From Eledone cirrhosa (taxonomy: Eukaryota), in assembly GCA_964016885.1 (NCBI GenBank), contig OZ024742.1, positions 1,116,001 to 1,180,000 on the forward strand: a stretch of DNA of 64,000 nt. Reading direction: 5' to 3'. Shown here piece after piece: positions 14,090-28,799 of the stretch. A model generated the notes under the pieces. That model was not told the DNA's origin and did not search any database. It was given only the letters and a program-made list of their open reading frames with translations. Made by a program: the position numbers and the translations under genes. Position 1 is the first letter of the stretch; each line of letters starts with the position of its first letter.

Positions 14090-17000
14090 ACATCAACATT
14101 ACTGTATAGCTATAGATAAAACTAGGCTAACAACAACATTACTGTAGAGCTAGAGATAAAACTAGGCTCACATGAATATCAGTGTAGAGCCGGAGATAAA
14201 ACAAGGCTCATAACAACATTACTGTACAGCGAGAGATAAAACTAGGCTCACATCAACATTACTGAAGGGCTAGAGATAAAACTAGGCTCACATCAACATT
14301 ACTGTAGAGCTAGAGATAAAACTAGGCTCACATCAACATTACTGAAGAGCTAGAGATACAACTAGGCTCACATCAACATTACTGTAGAGCTAGAGATAAA
14401 TCTAGGCTCACAACAACATTACTGTAAAGCTAGAGATAAAACTAGGCTCACATGAATATCACTGTAGAGCCGGAGATAAAACAAGGCTCACAACAACATT
14501 ACTGAACAGCCAGAGAAAAAACTAAGCTCACAACATTACTGTAGAGCTATAGAAAAAAGTAGGCTCACATCAACATTACTGTAAAGCTTGAGATGAAACT
14601 AAGCTCACATCAACATTACTGTACAGCTAGAGATAAAACTAGGCTTACATCAACATTGCTGTAAAGCTAGAGATGAAACTAGGCTCACAACAATATTACT
14701 GTACAACTAGAGATAAAACTGGGCCCACAACAACATTACTGTACAACTAGAGATAAAAATGGGCTCACATCACCATTACTGTACAACTAGAGATAAAACT
14801 AGTCTCACAACAACATTACGGTACAACTAGAGATAAAACTAGGCTCACATCAACATTACTATAGAGCTAGAGATAAAACAAGGCTCACATGAACATCACT
14901 GTAGAGCCGGAGATAAAACTACGCTCACAACAACATTACTGTACAGCTATAGATAAAACTAGGCTCACATCAACATTACTGTACAGCTAGAGATAAAACT
15001 AGGCTCACATCAAAATTACTGTACAACTAGAGACAAAACTAGGGTCACAACAACATTACTGTACAACTAAAGATAAAACTAGGCTCACATCATCATTACT
15101 GTACAGCTAGAGGTAAAACTAGGTTCACATCAACATTACTGTAGGGCTAGAGATAAAACTAGGTTCATATCAACATTAATGGAGAGCTAGATATAAAACT
15201 AGGCTCACAACAACATTACTGTACAACTAGAGATAAAACTAGGCTCACAACATTACAGTACAGCTAGAGATAAAACTAGGCTCAGATTCACGTTACTGTA
15301 CAGCTAGAGATAAAACTAGGCTCACAACAACATTACTGTACAACCAGAGATAATACTAGGCACACATCAACATTACTGTAGGGCTAGAGATAAAACTAGG
15401 CTCACATCAACATTACTGTACAGCGATAGATAAAACTAGGCTCACAACAACATTACTGTAGAGCTAGAGATAAAACTAGGCTCACATCAACATTACTGTA
15501 GAGCTAGAGATAAAACTAGGCTCACAACAACATTACTGTAGAGCTAGAGATAAAACTAGGCTCACATCAACATTACTGTATAGCTAGAGATAAAACTAGG
15601 CTCACATCAACATTACTGTATAGCTAGAGATAAAACTAGGCTCACAACAACATTCCTGTAGAGCTAGAGATAAAACTAGGCTCACATCAACATTACTGTA
15701 GAGCTAGAGATAAAACTAGGCTCACATCAACATTACTGTATAGCTATAGATAAAACTAGGCTCACAACAACATTACTGTACAACTAGAGATAAAACTAGA
15801 ATCACAACAACATTATTGACGAGCTAGAGATAAAACTAGGCTCACATCAACATTACTGTAGAGCTAGAGAGAAATCTAGGCTCACAACAACATTACTGTA
15901 AAGCTAGAGATAAAACTAGGCTCACATCAACATTACTGTAGAGCTAGAGATAAAACTAGGCTCACATCAACATTACTGAAGAGCTATAGATAAAACTAGG
16001 CTAACATCAACATTACTGTATAACTAGAGATAAAACTAGGCTCACATCAACATTACTGTAGAGCTAGAGATAAAACTAGGCTCACATCAACCTTACTGTA
16101 GAGCTAGACATAAAACTAGGCTCACATCAACATTACTGTAGAGCTAGAGATAAAACTAGGCTCACATCAACATTACTGTAGAGCTAGAGATAAAACTAGG
16201 CTCACAACAACATTACTGTACAGTCAGAGATAAAACTAGGCTCACATCAACATTACTGTAGAGCTAGAGATAAAACTAAGCTCACAACATTACTGTACAG
16301 CTATAGATAAAAGTAGGCTCACATCAACATTACTGTAAAGCTAGAGATGAAACTAGGCTCACATCAACATTACTGTAAAGCTAGAGATGAAACTAGGCTC
16401 ACATCAACATTACTGTAGAGCTAGAGATATAACTAGGCTCACATCAACATTACTGTAGAGCTAGAGATAAAACTAGGCTCACAGCATTACTGTAAAGGTA
16501 GAGATAAAACTAGGCTCACATTCATATTACTGTACAGCTAGAGATGAACTAGGCTCACAACAACATTACTGTACAGCCAGAGATAGAACTAGGCTCACAT
16601 ATACATTACTGTATAGCTAGAGATAAAACTAGGGTCACAACAACATTACGGTACAACTAGAGATAAAACTAGTTTCACATCAATATTAATATAGAGCTAT
16701 AGATAAAGCTAGGCTCACAACAACATTACTGTACAACTAGAAATAAAACTAGGCTCACAACAACACTACTGTAGAGCTAGAGATAAAACTAGGCTCACAT
16801 GAACATCACTGTAGAGCCGGAGATAAAACAAGGCTCACAACAACATTACGGTACAACTAGAGATAAAACTAGGCTCACATTAACATTACTGTACAGCTAG
16901 AGATAAAACTAGGCTCACATCAACATTACTGTAGAGCTAGAGATAAAACTAGGCTCACATTAACATTGCTGTAGAGCTAGACATAAAACTAGGCTCATAA

Positions 17001-20000
17001 CATTACTGTAGAGCTAGAGATAAAACTAGGCTCACATCAACATTAGTGGACAGCTAGAGATAAAACTAGGCTCATATAAACATTACTGTACAGCTAGAGA
17101 TACAACTAGGCTCACGTCAAGATTACTGTACCGCTAGAGATAAAACTAGGCTCACATCAACATTACTGTACCGCTAGAGATAAAACTAGGCTCACATCAA
17201 CATTACTGTACCGCTAGAGATAAAACTAGGCTCACAACATTACTGTACAGCTAGAGACAAAACTAGGCTCACAACAACATTACTGTACAACTAAAGATAA
17301 AACTAGGCTCACATCATCATTACTGTACAGCTAGAGATAAAACTAGGCTCACATCAACATTACTGTAGAGCTAGAGATAAAACTAGGCTCACATCAACAT
17401 TACTGTATAGCTAGAGATAAAACTAGGCTCACATCAACATTACTGTATAGCTATAGATAAAACTAGGCTCACAACAACATTACTGTACAACTAGAGATAA
17501 AACTAGAATCACAACAACATTATTGAAGAGCTAGAGATAAAACTAGGCTCACATCAACATTGCTGTAGAGCTAGAGATAAATCTAGGCTCACAACAACAT
17601 TACTGTAAAGCTAGAGATAAAACTAGGCTCACATCAACATTACTCTAGAGCTAGAGATAAAACTAGGCTCACATCAACATTACTGTAGAGCTATAGATAA
17701 AACTAGGCTAACATCAACATTACTGTATAACTAGAGATAAAACTAGGCTCAAATCAACATTACTGTAGAGCTAGAGATAAAACTAGGCTCACATCAACCT
17801 TACTGTAGAGCTAGACATAAAACTAGGCTCACATCAACATTACTGTAGAGCTAGAGATAAAACTAGGCTCACATCAACATTACTGTAGAGCTAGAGATAA
17901 AACTAGGCTCACATCAACATTACTGTAGAGCTAGAGATAAAACTAGGCTCACATCAACATTACTGTAGACCTAGAGATAAAACTAGGGTCACAACAACAT
18001 TACTGTAGAGCTAGAGATAAAACAAGACTCACATCAACATTACTGTAGAGCTAGAGATAAAACAAGACTCACATCAACATTACTGTAGAGCTAGGGATAA
18101 AACTACGCTCACATCAACATTACTGTAGAGCTAGAGATAAAACTAGGCTCACATCAACATTACTGTAGAGCTAGAGATAAAACTAGGCTCACAACAACAT
18201 TACTGTACAGCCAGAGATAAAACTAAGCTCACAACATTACTGTACAGCTATAGATAAAAGTAGGCTCACATCAACATTACTGTAAAGCTAGAGATGAAAC
18301 TAGGCTCACATCAACATTACTGTACAGCTAGAGATAAAACTAGGCTCACATCAACATTACTGTAGAGCTAGAGATATAACTAGGCTCACATCAACATTGC
18401 TGTAGAGCTAGAGATAAAACTAGGCTCACAGCATTACTGTAAAGGTAGAGAGAAAACTAGGCTCACATTCACATTACTGTACAGCTAGAGATAAAACTAG
18501 GGTCACAACAACATTACTGTACAGCTAGGGATAAACCTAGGCTCACATCAACATTACTGTACCGCTAGAGATAAAACTAGGCTCACAACATTACTGTACA
18601 GCTAGAGACAAAACTAGGCTCACAACAACATTACTGTACAACTAAAGATAAAACTAGGCTCACATCATCATTACTGTACAGCTAGAGATAAAACTAGGCT
18701 CACATCAACATTACTGTAGAGCTAGAGATAAAACTAGGCTCACATCAACATTACTGTATAGCTAGAGATAAAACTAGGCTCACATCAACATTACTGTATA
18801 GCTATAGATAAAACTAGGCTCACAACAACATTACTGTACAACTAGAGATAAAACTAGAATCACAACAACATTATTGAAGAGCTAGAGATAAAACTAGGCT
18901 CACATCAACATTGCTGTAGAGCTAGAGATAAATCTAGGCTCACAACAACATTACTGTAAAGCTAGAGATAAAACTAGGCTCACATCAACATTACTCTAGA
19001 GCTAGAGATAAAACTAGGCTCACATCAACATTACTGTAGAGCTATAGATAAAACTAGGCTAACATCAACATTACTGTATAACTAGAGATAAAACTAGGCT
19101 CAAATCAACATTACTGTAGAGCTAGAGATAAAACTAGGCTCACATCAACCTTACTGTAGAGCTAGACATAAAACTAGGCTCACATCAACATTACTGTAGA
19201 GCTAGAGATAAAACTAGGCTCACATCAACATTACTGTAGAGCTAGAGATAAAACTAGGCTCACATCAACATTACTGTAGAGCTAGAGATAAAACTAGGCT
19301 CACATCAACATTACTGTAGACCTAGAGATAAAACTAGGGTCACAACAACATTACTGTAGAGCTAGAGATAAAACAAGACTCACATCAACATTACTGTAGA
19401 GCTAGAGATAAAACAAGACTCACATCAACATTACTGTAGAGCTAGGGATAAAACTACGCTCACATCAACATTACTGTGGAGCTAGAGATAAAACTAGGCT
19501 CACATCAACATTACTGTAGAGCTAGAGATAAAACTAGGCTCACAACAACATTACTGTACAGCCAGAGATAAAACTAAGCTCACAACATTACTGTACAGCT
19601 ATAGATAAAAGTAGGCTCACATCAACATTACTGTAAAGCTAGAGATGAAACTAGGCTCACATCAACATTACTGTACAGCTAGAGATAAAACTAGGCTCAC
19701 ATCAACATTACTGTAGAGCTAGAGATATAACTAGGCTCACATCAACATTGCTGTAGAGCTAGAGATAAAACTAGGCTCACAGCATTACTGTAAAGGTAGA
19801 GAGAAAACTAGGCTCACATTCACATTACTGTACAGCTAGAGATAAAACTAGGGTCACAACAACATTACTGTACAACTAGAGATAAAACTAGGCTCACAAC
19901 AACATTACTGTAGAGCTAGAGATAAAACTAGGCTCACATGAACATCACTGTAGAGCCGGATATAAAACAAGGCTCACAACAACATTACGGTACAACTAGA

Positions 20001-23000
20001 GATAAAACTAGGCTCACATCAACATTAATATAGAGCTATAGATAAAGCTAGGCTCACAACAACATTACTGTATAACTAGAGATAAAACTAGGCTCACAAC
20101 AACATTACTATAGAGCTAGAGATAAAACTAGGCTCACATGAACATCACTGTAGAGCCGGAGATAAAACAAGGCTCACAACAACATTACTGTACAGCTATA
20201 GATAGAACTAGGCTCACATCAACATTACTGTATAGCTATAGATAAAACTAGGCTAACAACAACATTACTGTAGAGCTAGAGATAAAACTAGGCTCACATG
20301 AATATCAGTGTAGAGCCGGAGATAAAACAAGGCTCATAACAACATTACTGTACAGCGAGAGATAAAACTAGGCTCACATCAACATTACTGAAGGGCTAGA
20401 GATAAAACTAGGCTCACATCAACATTACTGTAGAGCTAGAGATAAAACTAGGCTCACATCAACATTACTGAAGAGCTAGAGATACAACTAGGCTCACATC
20501 AACATGACTGTAGAGCTAGAGATAAATCTAGGCTCACAACAACATTACTGTAAAGCTAGAGATAAAACTAGGCTCACATGAATATCACTGTAGAGCCGGA
20601 GATAAAACAAGGCTCACAACAACATTACTGAACAGCCAGAGAAAAAACTAAGCTCACAACATTACTGTAGAGCTATAGATAAAAGTAGGCTCACATCAAC
20701 ATTACTGTAAAGCTTGAGATGAAACTAAGCTCACATCAACATTACTGTACAGCTAGAGATAAAACTAGGCTTACATCAACATTGCTGTAAAGCTAGAGAT
20801 GAAACTAGGCTCACAACAATATTACTGTACAACTAGAGATAAAACTGGGCCCACAACAACATTACTGTACAACTAGAGATAAAAATGGGCTCACATCACC
20901 ATTACTGTACAACTAGAGATAAAACTAGTCTCACAACAACATTACGGTACAACTAGAGATAAAACTAGGCTCACATCAACATTACTATAGAGCTAGAGAT
21001 AAAACAAGGCTCACATGAACATCACTGTAGAGCCGGAGATAAAACTACGCTCACAACAACATTACTGTAGAGCTAGAGATAAACCTAGGCTCACATCAAC
21101 ATTAATATAGAGCTATAGATAAAACATGGCTCACAACAACATTACTGTACAGCTATAGATAAAACTAGGCTCACATCAACATTACTGTACAGCTAGAGAT
21201 AAAACTAGGCTCACATCAAAATTACTGTACAACTAGAGACAAAACTAGGGTCACAACAACATTACTGTACAACTAAAGATAAAACTAGGCTCACATCATC
21301 ATTACTGTACAGCTAGAGGTAAAACTAGGTTCACATCAACATTACTGTAGGGCTAGAGATAAAACTAGGTTCATATCAACATTAATGGAGAGCTAGATAT
21401 AAAACTAGGCTCACAACAACATTACTGTACAACTAGAGATAAAACTAGGCTCACAACATTACAGTACAGCTAGAGATAAAACTAGGCTCAGATTCACGTT
21501 ACTGTACAGCTAGAGATAAAACTAGGCTCACAACAACATTACTGTACAACCAGAGATAATACTAGGCACACATCAACATTACTGTAGGGCTAGAGATAAA
21601 ACTAGGCTCACATCAACATTACTGTACAGCGATAGATAAAACTAGGCTCACAACAACATTACTGTAGAGCTAGAGATAAAACTAGGCTCACATCAACATT
21701 AGTGTAGAGCTAGAGATAAAACTAGGCTCACAACAACATTACTGTAGAGCTAGAGATAAAACTAGGCTCACATCAACATTACTGTATAGCTAGAGATAAA
21801 ACTAGGCTCACATCAACATTACTGTATAGCTAGAGATAAAACTAGGCTCACAACAACATTCCTGTAGAGCTAGAGATAAAACTAGGCTCACATCAACATT
21901 ACTGTAGAGCTAGAGATAAAACTAGGCTCACATCAACATTACTGTATAGCTATAGATAAAACTAGGCTCACAACAACATTACTGTACAACTAGAGATAAA
22001 ACTAGAATCACAACAACATTATTGACGAGCTAGAGATAAAACTAGGCTCACATCAACATTACTGTAGAGCTAGAGAGAAATCTAGGCTCACAACAACATT
22101 ACTGTAAAGCTAGAGATAAAACTAGGCTCACATCAACATTACTGTAGAGCTAGAGATAAAACTAGGCTCACATCAACATTACTGAAGAGCTATAGATAAA
22201 ACTAGGCTAACATCAACATTACTGTATAACTAGAGATAAAACTAGGCTCACATCAACATTACTGTAGAGCTAGAGATAAAACCAGGCTCACATCAACCTT
22301 ACTGTAGAGCTAGACATAAAACTAGGCTCACATCAACATTACTGTAGAGCTAGAGATAAAACTAGGCTCACATCAACATTACTGTAGAGCTAGAGATAAA
22401 ACTAGGCTCACAACAACATTACTGTACAGTCAGAGATAAAACTAGGCTCACATCAACATTACTGTAGAGCTAGAGATAAAACTAAGCTCACAACATTACT
22501 GTACAGCTATAGATAAAAGTAGGCTCACATCAACATTACTGTAAAGCTAGAGATGAAACTAGGCTCACATCAACATTACTGTAAAGCTAGAGATGAAACT
22601 AGGCTCACATCAACATTACTGTAGAGCTAGAGATATAACTAGGCTCACATCAACATTACTGTAGAGCTAGAGATAAAACTAGGCTCACAGCATTACTGTA
22701 AAGGTAGAGATAAAACTAGGCTCACATTCATATTACTGTACAGCTAGAGATGAACTAGGCTCACAACAACATTACTGTACAGCCAGAGATAGAACTAGGC
22801 TCACATATACATTACTGTATAGCTAGAGATAAAACTAGGGTCACAACAACATTACGGTACAACTAGAGATAAAACTAGTTTCACATCAATATTAATATAG
22901 AGCTATAGATAAAGCTAGGCTCACAACAACATTACTGTACAACTAGAAATAAAACTAGGCTCACAACAACACTACTGTAGAGCTAGAGATAAAACTAGGC

Positions 23001-25080
23001 TCACATGAACATCACTGTAGAGCCGGAGATAAAACAAGGCTCACAACAACATTACGGTACAACTAGAGATAAAACTAGGCTCACATTAACATTACTGTAC
23101 AGCTAGAGATAAAACTAGGCTCACATCAACATTACTGTAGAGCTAGAGATAAAACTAGGCTCACATTAACATTGCTGTAGAGCTAGACATAAAACTAGGC
23201 TCATAACATTACTGTAGAGCTAGAGATAAAACTAGGCTCACATCAACATTAGTGGACAGCTAGAGATAAAACTAGGCTCATATAAACATTACTGTACAGC
23301 TAGAGATACAACTAGGCTCACGTCAAGATTACTGTACCGCTAGAGATAAAACTAGGCTCACATCAACATTACTGTACCGCTAGAGATAAAACTAGGCTCA
23401 CATCAACATTACTGTACCGCTAGAGATAAAACTAGGCTCACAACATTACTGTACAGCTAGAGACAAAACTAGGCTCACAACAACATTACTGTACAACTAA
23501 AGATAAAACTAGGCTCACATCATCATTACTGTACAGCTAGAGATAAAACTAGGCTCACATCAACATTACTGTAGAGCTAGAGATAAAACTAGGCTCACAT
23601 CAACATTACTGTATAGCTAGAGATAAAACTAGGCTCACATCAACATTACTGTATAGCTATAGATAAAACTAGGCTCACAACAACATTACTGTACAACTAG
23701 AGATAAAACTAGAATCACAACAACATTATTGAAGAGCTAGAGATAAAACTAGGCTCACATCAACATTGCTGTAGAGCTAGAGATAAATCTAGGCTCACAA
23801 CAACATTACTGTAAAGCTAGAGATAAAACTAGGCTCACATCAACATTACTCTAGAGCTAGAGATAAAACTAGGCTCACATCAACATTACTGTAGAGCTAT
23901 AGATAAAACTAGGCTAACATCAACATTACTGTATAACTAGAGATAAAACTAGGCTCAAATCAACATTACTGTAGAGCTAGAGATAAAACTAGGCTCACAT
24001 CAACCTTACTGTAGAGCTAGACATAAAACTAGGCTCACATCAACATTACTGTAGAGCTAGAGATAAAACTAGGCTCACATCAACATTACTGTAGAGCTAG
24101 AGATAAAACTAGGCTCACATCAACATTACTGTAGAGCTAGAGATAAAACTAGGCTCACATCAACATTACTGTAGACCTAGAGATAAAACTAGGGTCACAA
24201 CAACATTACTGTAGAGCTAGAGATAAAACAAGACTCACATCAACATTACTGTAGAGCTAGAGATAAAACAAGACTCACATCAACATTACTGTAGAGCTAG
24301 GGATAAAACTACGCTCACATCAACATTACTGTAGAGCTAGAGATAAAACTAGGCTCACATCAACATTACTGTAGAGCTAGAGATAAAACTAGGCTCACAA
24401 CAACATTACTGTACAGCCAGAGATAAAACTAAGCTCACAACATTACTGTACAGCTATAGATAAAAGTAGGCTCACATCAACATTACTGTAAAGCTAGAGA
24501 TGAAACTAGGCTCACATCAACATTACTGTACAGCTAGAGATAAAACTAGGCTCACATCAACATTACTGTAGAGCTAGAGATATAACTAGGCTCACATCAA
24601 CATTGCTGTAGAGCTAGAGATAAAACTAGGCTCACAGCATTACTGTAAAGGTAGAGAGAAAACTAGGCTCACATTCACATTACTGTACAGCTAGAGATAA
24701 AACTAGGGTCACAACAACATTACTGTACAACTAGAGATAAAACTAGGCTCACAACAACATTACTGTAGAGCTAGAGATAAAACTAGGCTCACATGAACAT
24801 CACTGTAGAGCCGGATATAAAACAAGGCTCACAACAACATTACGGTACAACTAGAGATAAAACTAGGCTCACATCAACATTAATATAGAGCTATAGATAA
24901 AGCTAGGCTCACAACAACATTACTGTATAACTAGAGATAAAACTAGGCTCACAACAACATTACTATAGAGCTAGAGATAAAACTAGGCTCACATGAACAT
25001 CACTGTAGAGCCGGAGATAAAACAAGGCTCACAACAACATTACTGTACAGCTATAGATAGAACTAGGCTCACATCAACAT
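14090..25080. repeat. Tandem duplication of a roughly 4.8 kb unit (about 14090-20220 and about 20220-25080)
   Basis: Offset 6126: AGTGTAGAGCCGG at 14181/20307. Offset 6206: ATGGAG at 15179/21385, ATTGACGAG at 15815/22021 and AGTGGACAG at 17045/23251. Offset 4855: GATAGAACTA at 20201/25056. Confidence 0.92.
17180..19870. repeat. 1351-bp (about 34-monomer) tandem duplication nested inside the first 4.8 kb copy
   Basis: CTCTAGAG at 17643/18994 and CTAGGGATAAAACTACGCTC at 18091/19442. 6206 - 4855 = 1351, which is self-consistent. Confidence 0.92.
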
Positions 25081-28000
25081 TACTGTACAGCTAGAGATAA
25101 AACTAGGCTCACATCAACATTACTGTAGAGCTAGAGGTAAAACTAGGTTCACAACAACATTACTGTAGAGCTAGACATAAAACTAGGCTCATATCAACAT
25201 TACTTTAGAGCTAGAGATAAAACTAGGCTCACATCAACATTACTGTACAGTCAGAGATAAAACTAGGCTCACATCAACATTACTGTAGGGCTAGAGATAA
25301 AACTAGGCTCACATGAATATCACTGTAGAGCCGGAGATAAAACTAGGCTCACAACAACATTACTGTACAGCTAGAGATAAAACTAGGCTCACTACAACAT
25401 TACTGTACAGCCAGAGATAAAACTAGGCTCACATCAACATTACTGTCGGGCTAGAGATAAAACTAGGCTCACATCAACATTACTGTACAACGATAGATAA
25501 AACTAGGCTCACAACATTACGGTAGAGCTAGAGATGAAACTAGGCTCACAACAACATTACTGTACAGTCAGAGATAAAACTAGGCTCACATGAATATCAC
25601 TGTAGAGCCGGAGATAAAACAAGGCTCACAACAACATTACTGTACAGCCAGAGATAAAACTAAGCTCACAACATTACTGTACAGCTATAGATAAAAGTAG
25701 GCTCACATCAACATTACTGTAAAGCTAGAGATGAAACTAGGCTCACATCAACATTACTGTACAGCTAGAGATAAAACTAGGCTCACATCAACATTACTGT
25801 AGAGCTAAAGATATAACTAGGCTCACATCAACATTGCTGTAGAGCTAGAGATAAAACTAGGCTCACAGCATTACTGTAAAGGTAGAGAGAAAACTAGGCT
25901 CACATTCACATTACTGTACAGCTAGAGATAAAACTAGGGTCACAACAACATTACTGTACAACTAGAGATAAAACTAGGCTCACAACAACATTACTGTAGA
26001 GCTAGAGATAAAACTAGGCTCACATGAACATCACTGTAGAGCTAGAGATAAAACAAGGCTCACAACAACATTACGGTACAACTAGAGATAAAACTAGGCT
26101 CACATCAACATTAATATAGAGCTATAGATAAAGCTAGGCTCACAACAACATTACTGTACAACTAGAGATAAAACTAGGCTCACAACAACATTACTATAGA
26201 GCTAGAGATAAAACTAGGCTCACATGAACATCACTGTAGAGCCGGAGATAAAACAAGGCTCACAACAACATTACTGTACAGCTATAGATAAAACTAGGCT
26301 CACATCAACATTACTGTACAGCTAGAGATAAAACTAGGCTCACATCAACATTACTGTAGAGCTAGAGATAAAACTAGGTTCACAACAACATTACTGTAGA
26401 GCTAGACATAAAACTAGGCTCATATCAACATTACTGTAGAGCTAGAGATAAAACTAGGCTCACATCAACATTACTGTACAGCTAGAGATAAAACTAGGCT
26501 CACATCAACATTACTGTATAGCTAGAGATAAAACTAGGCTCACATCAACATTACTGTAGAGCTAGAGATAAAACTAGGCTCACATCAACCTTACTGTAGA
26601 GCTAGACATAAAATTAGGCTCACATCAACATTACTGTAGAGCTAGAGATAAAACTAGGCTCACATCAACATTACTGTAAAGCTAGAGATAAAACTAGGCT
26701 CACAACAACATTACTGTACAGTCAGAGATAAAACTAGGCTCACATCAACATTACTGTAGACCTAGAGATAAAACTAGGGTCACAACAACATTACTGTAGA
26801 GCTAGAGATAAAACAAGACTCACATCAACATTACTGTAGAGCTAGAGATAAAACTAGGCTCACATCAACATTACTGAAGGGCTAGAGATAAAACTAGGCT
26901 CACATGAATATCACTGTAGAGCCGGAGATAAAACAAGGCTTACAACAACATTACTGTACAGCCAGAGATAAAACCAAGCTCACAACATTACTGTCCAGCT
27001 AGAGATAGAACTAGGTTCATATCAACATTAATGGAGAGCTAGATATAAAATTAGGTTCATATCAACATTACTGTACAGCTAGGGATAAACCTAGGCTCAC
27101 ATTCACATTGCTGTACAGCTAGAGATAAAACTAGGCTCACAACAACATTACTGTACAGCCAGAGATAAAACTAGGCTCACATCAACATTACTGTAGGGCT
27201 ACAGATAAAACTAGGCTCACATCAACATTACTGTACATCTATAGATAAAACTAGGCTCACATCAACATTACTGTAGAGCTAGAGATAAAACTAGGCTCAC
27301 AACAACATTACTGTAGAGCTAGAGATAAAACTAGGCTCACAACAACATTACTGTAGAGCTAGAGATAAAACTAGGCTCACAACATTACTGTAAAGCTAGA
27401 GATAAAACTAGGCTCACATCAACATTACTGTAGAGCTACACATAAAACTAGGATCACAGCAACATTACTGTAGAGCTAGAGATAAAACTAGGCTCACATC
27501 AACATTACTGTAAAGCTAGAGATGAAACTAGGCTCACATCAACATTACTGTAGAGCTAGAGATAAAACTAGGCTCACATCAACATTACTGTAGAGCTAGA
27601 AATAAAACTAGGCTCACATCAACATTACTGTAGAGCTAGAGATAAAACTAGGCTCACAACATTACTGTAAAGCTAGAGATAAAACTAGGCTCACATCAAC
27701 ATTACTGTAGAGCTAGAGATAAAACTAGGCTCACATCGACATTACTGTAGAGCTAGAGTTAAAACTAGGCTCACATCAACATTACTGTATAGCTAGAGAT
27801 AAAACTAGGCTCACATCAACATTACTGTAGAGCTAGAGATAAAACTAGGCTCACATCAACGTTACTGTAGAGCTAGACATAAAACTAGGATCATATCAAC
27901 ATTACTGTAGAGCTAGAGATAAAACTAGGCTCACATCAACATTACTGTAGAGATAGAGATAAAACTAGGCTCCCATCAACATTACTGTAGAGCTAGAGAT

Positions 28001-28799
28001 AAAACTAGGCTCACATCAACGTTACTGTAGAGCTAGAGATAAAACTAGGCTCACATCAACATTACTGTAGAGCTAGAGATAAAACTAGGCTCACAACATT
28101 ACTGTAAAGCTAGAGACAAAACTAGGCTCACATTCACATTACCGTACAGCTAGAGATAAACTAGGCTCACAACAAAATTACTGTACAGCCAGAGATAAAA
28201 CTAGGCTCACATCAACATTACTGTAGAGCTAGAGTTAAAACTAGGCTCACATCAACATTACTGTAGACCTAGAGATAAATCTAGGCTCACATCAACGTTA
28301 CTGTAGAGCTAGACATAAAACTAGGATCACATCAACATTACTGTAGAGCTAGAGATAAAACTAGGCTCACATCAACATTACTGTAGAGCTAAAGATAAAA
28401 CTAGGCTCCCATCAACATTACTGTAGAGCTCGAGATAAAACTAGGCTCACATCAACATTACTGTAGAGCTAGAGACAAAACTAGGCTCACATTCACATTA
28501 CTGTATAGCTAGAGATAAAACTAGGCTCACAACAACATTACTGTAGAGCTAGAGATGAAACTAGGCTCACATCAACATTACTGTAGAGCTAGGGATGAAA
28601 CTAGGCTCCCATCAACATTACTGTATAGCTAGAGATAAAACTAGGCTCACATCAACATTACTATAGAGCTAGATATAAAACTAGGCTCACATCAACATTA
28701 CTGTAGAGCTAGATATAAAACTAGGCTCACATCAACATTACTGTAGAGCTAGAGATAAAACTAGGCTCCCATCAACATTACTGTACAGCTAGAGATAAA

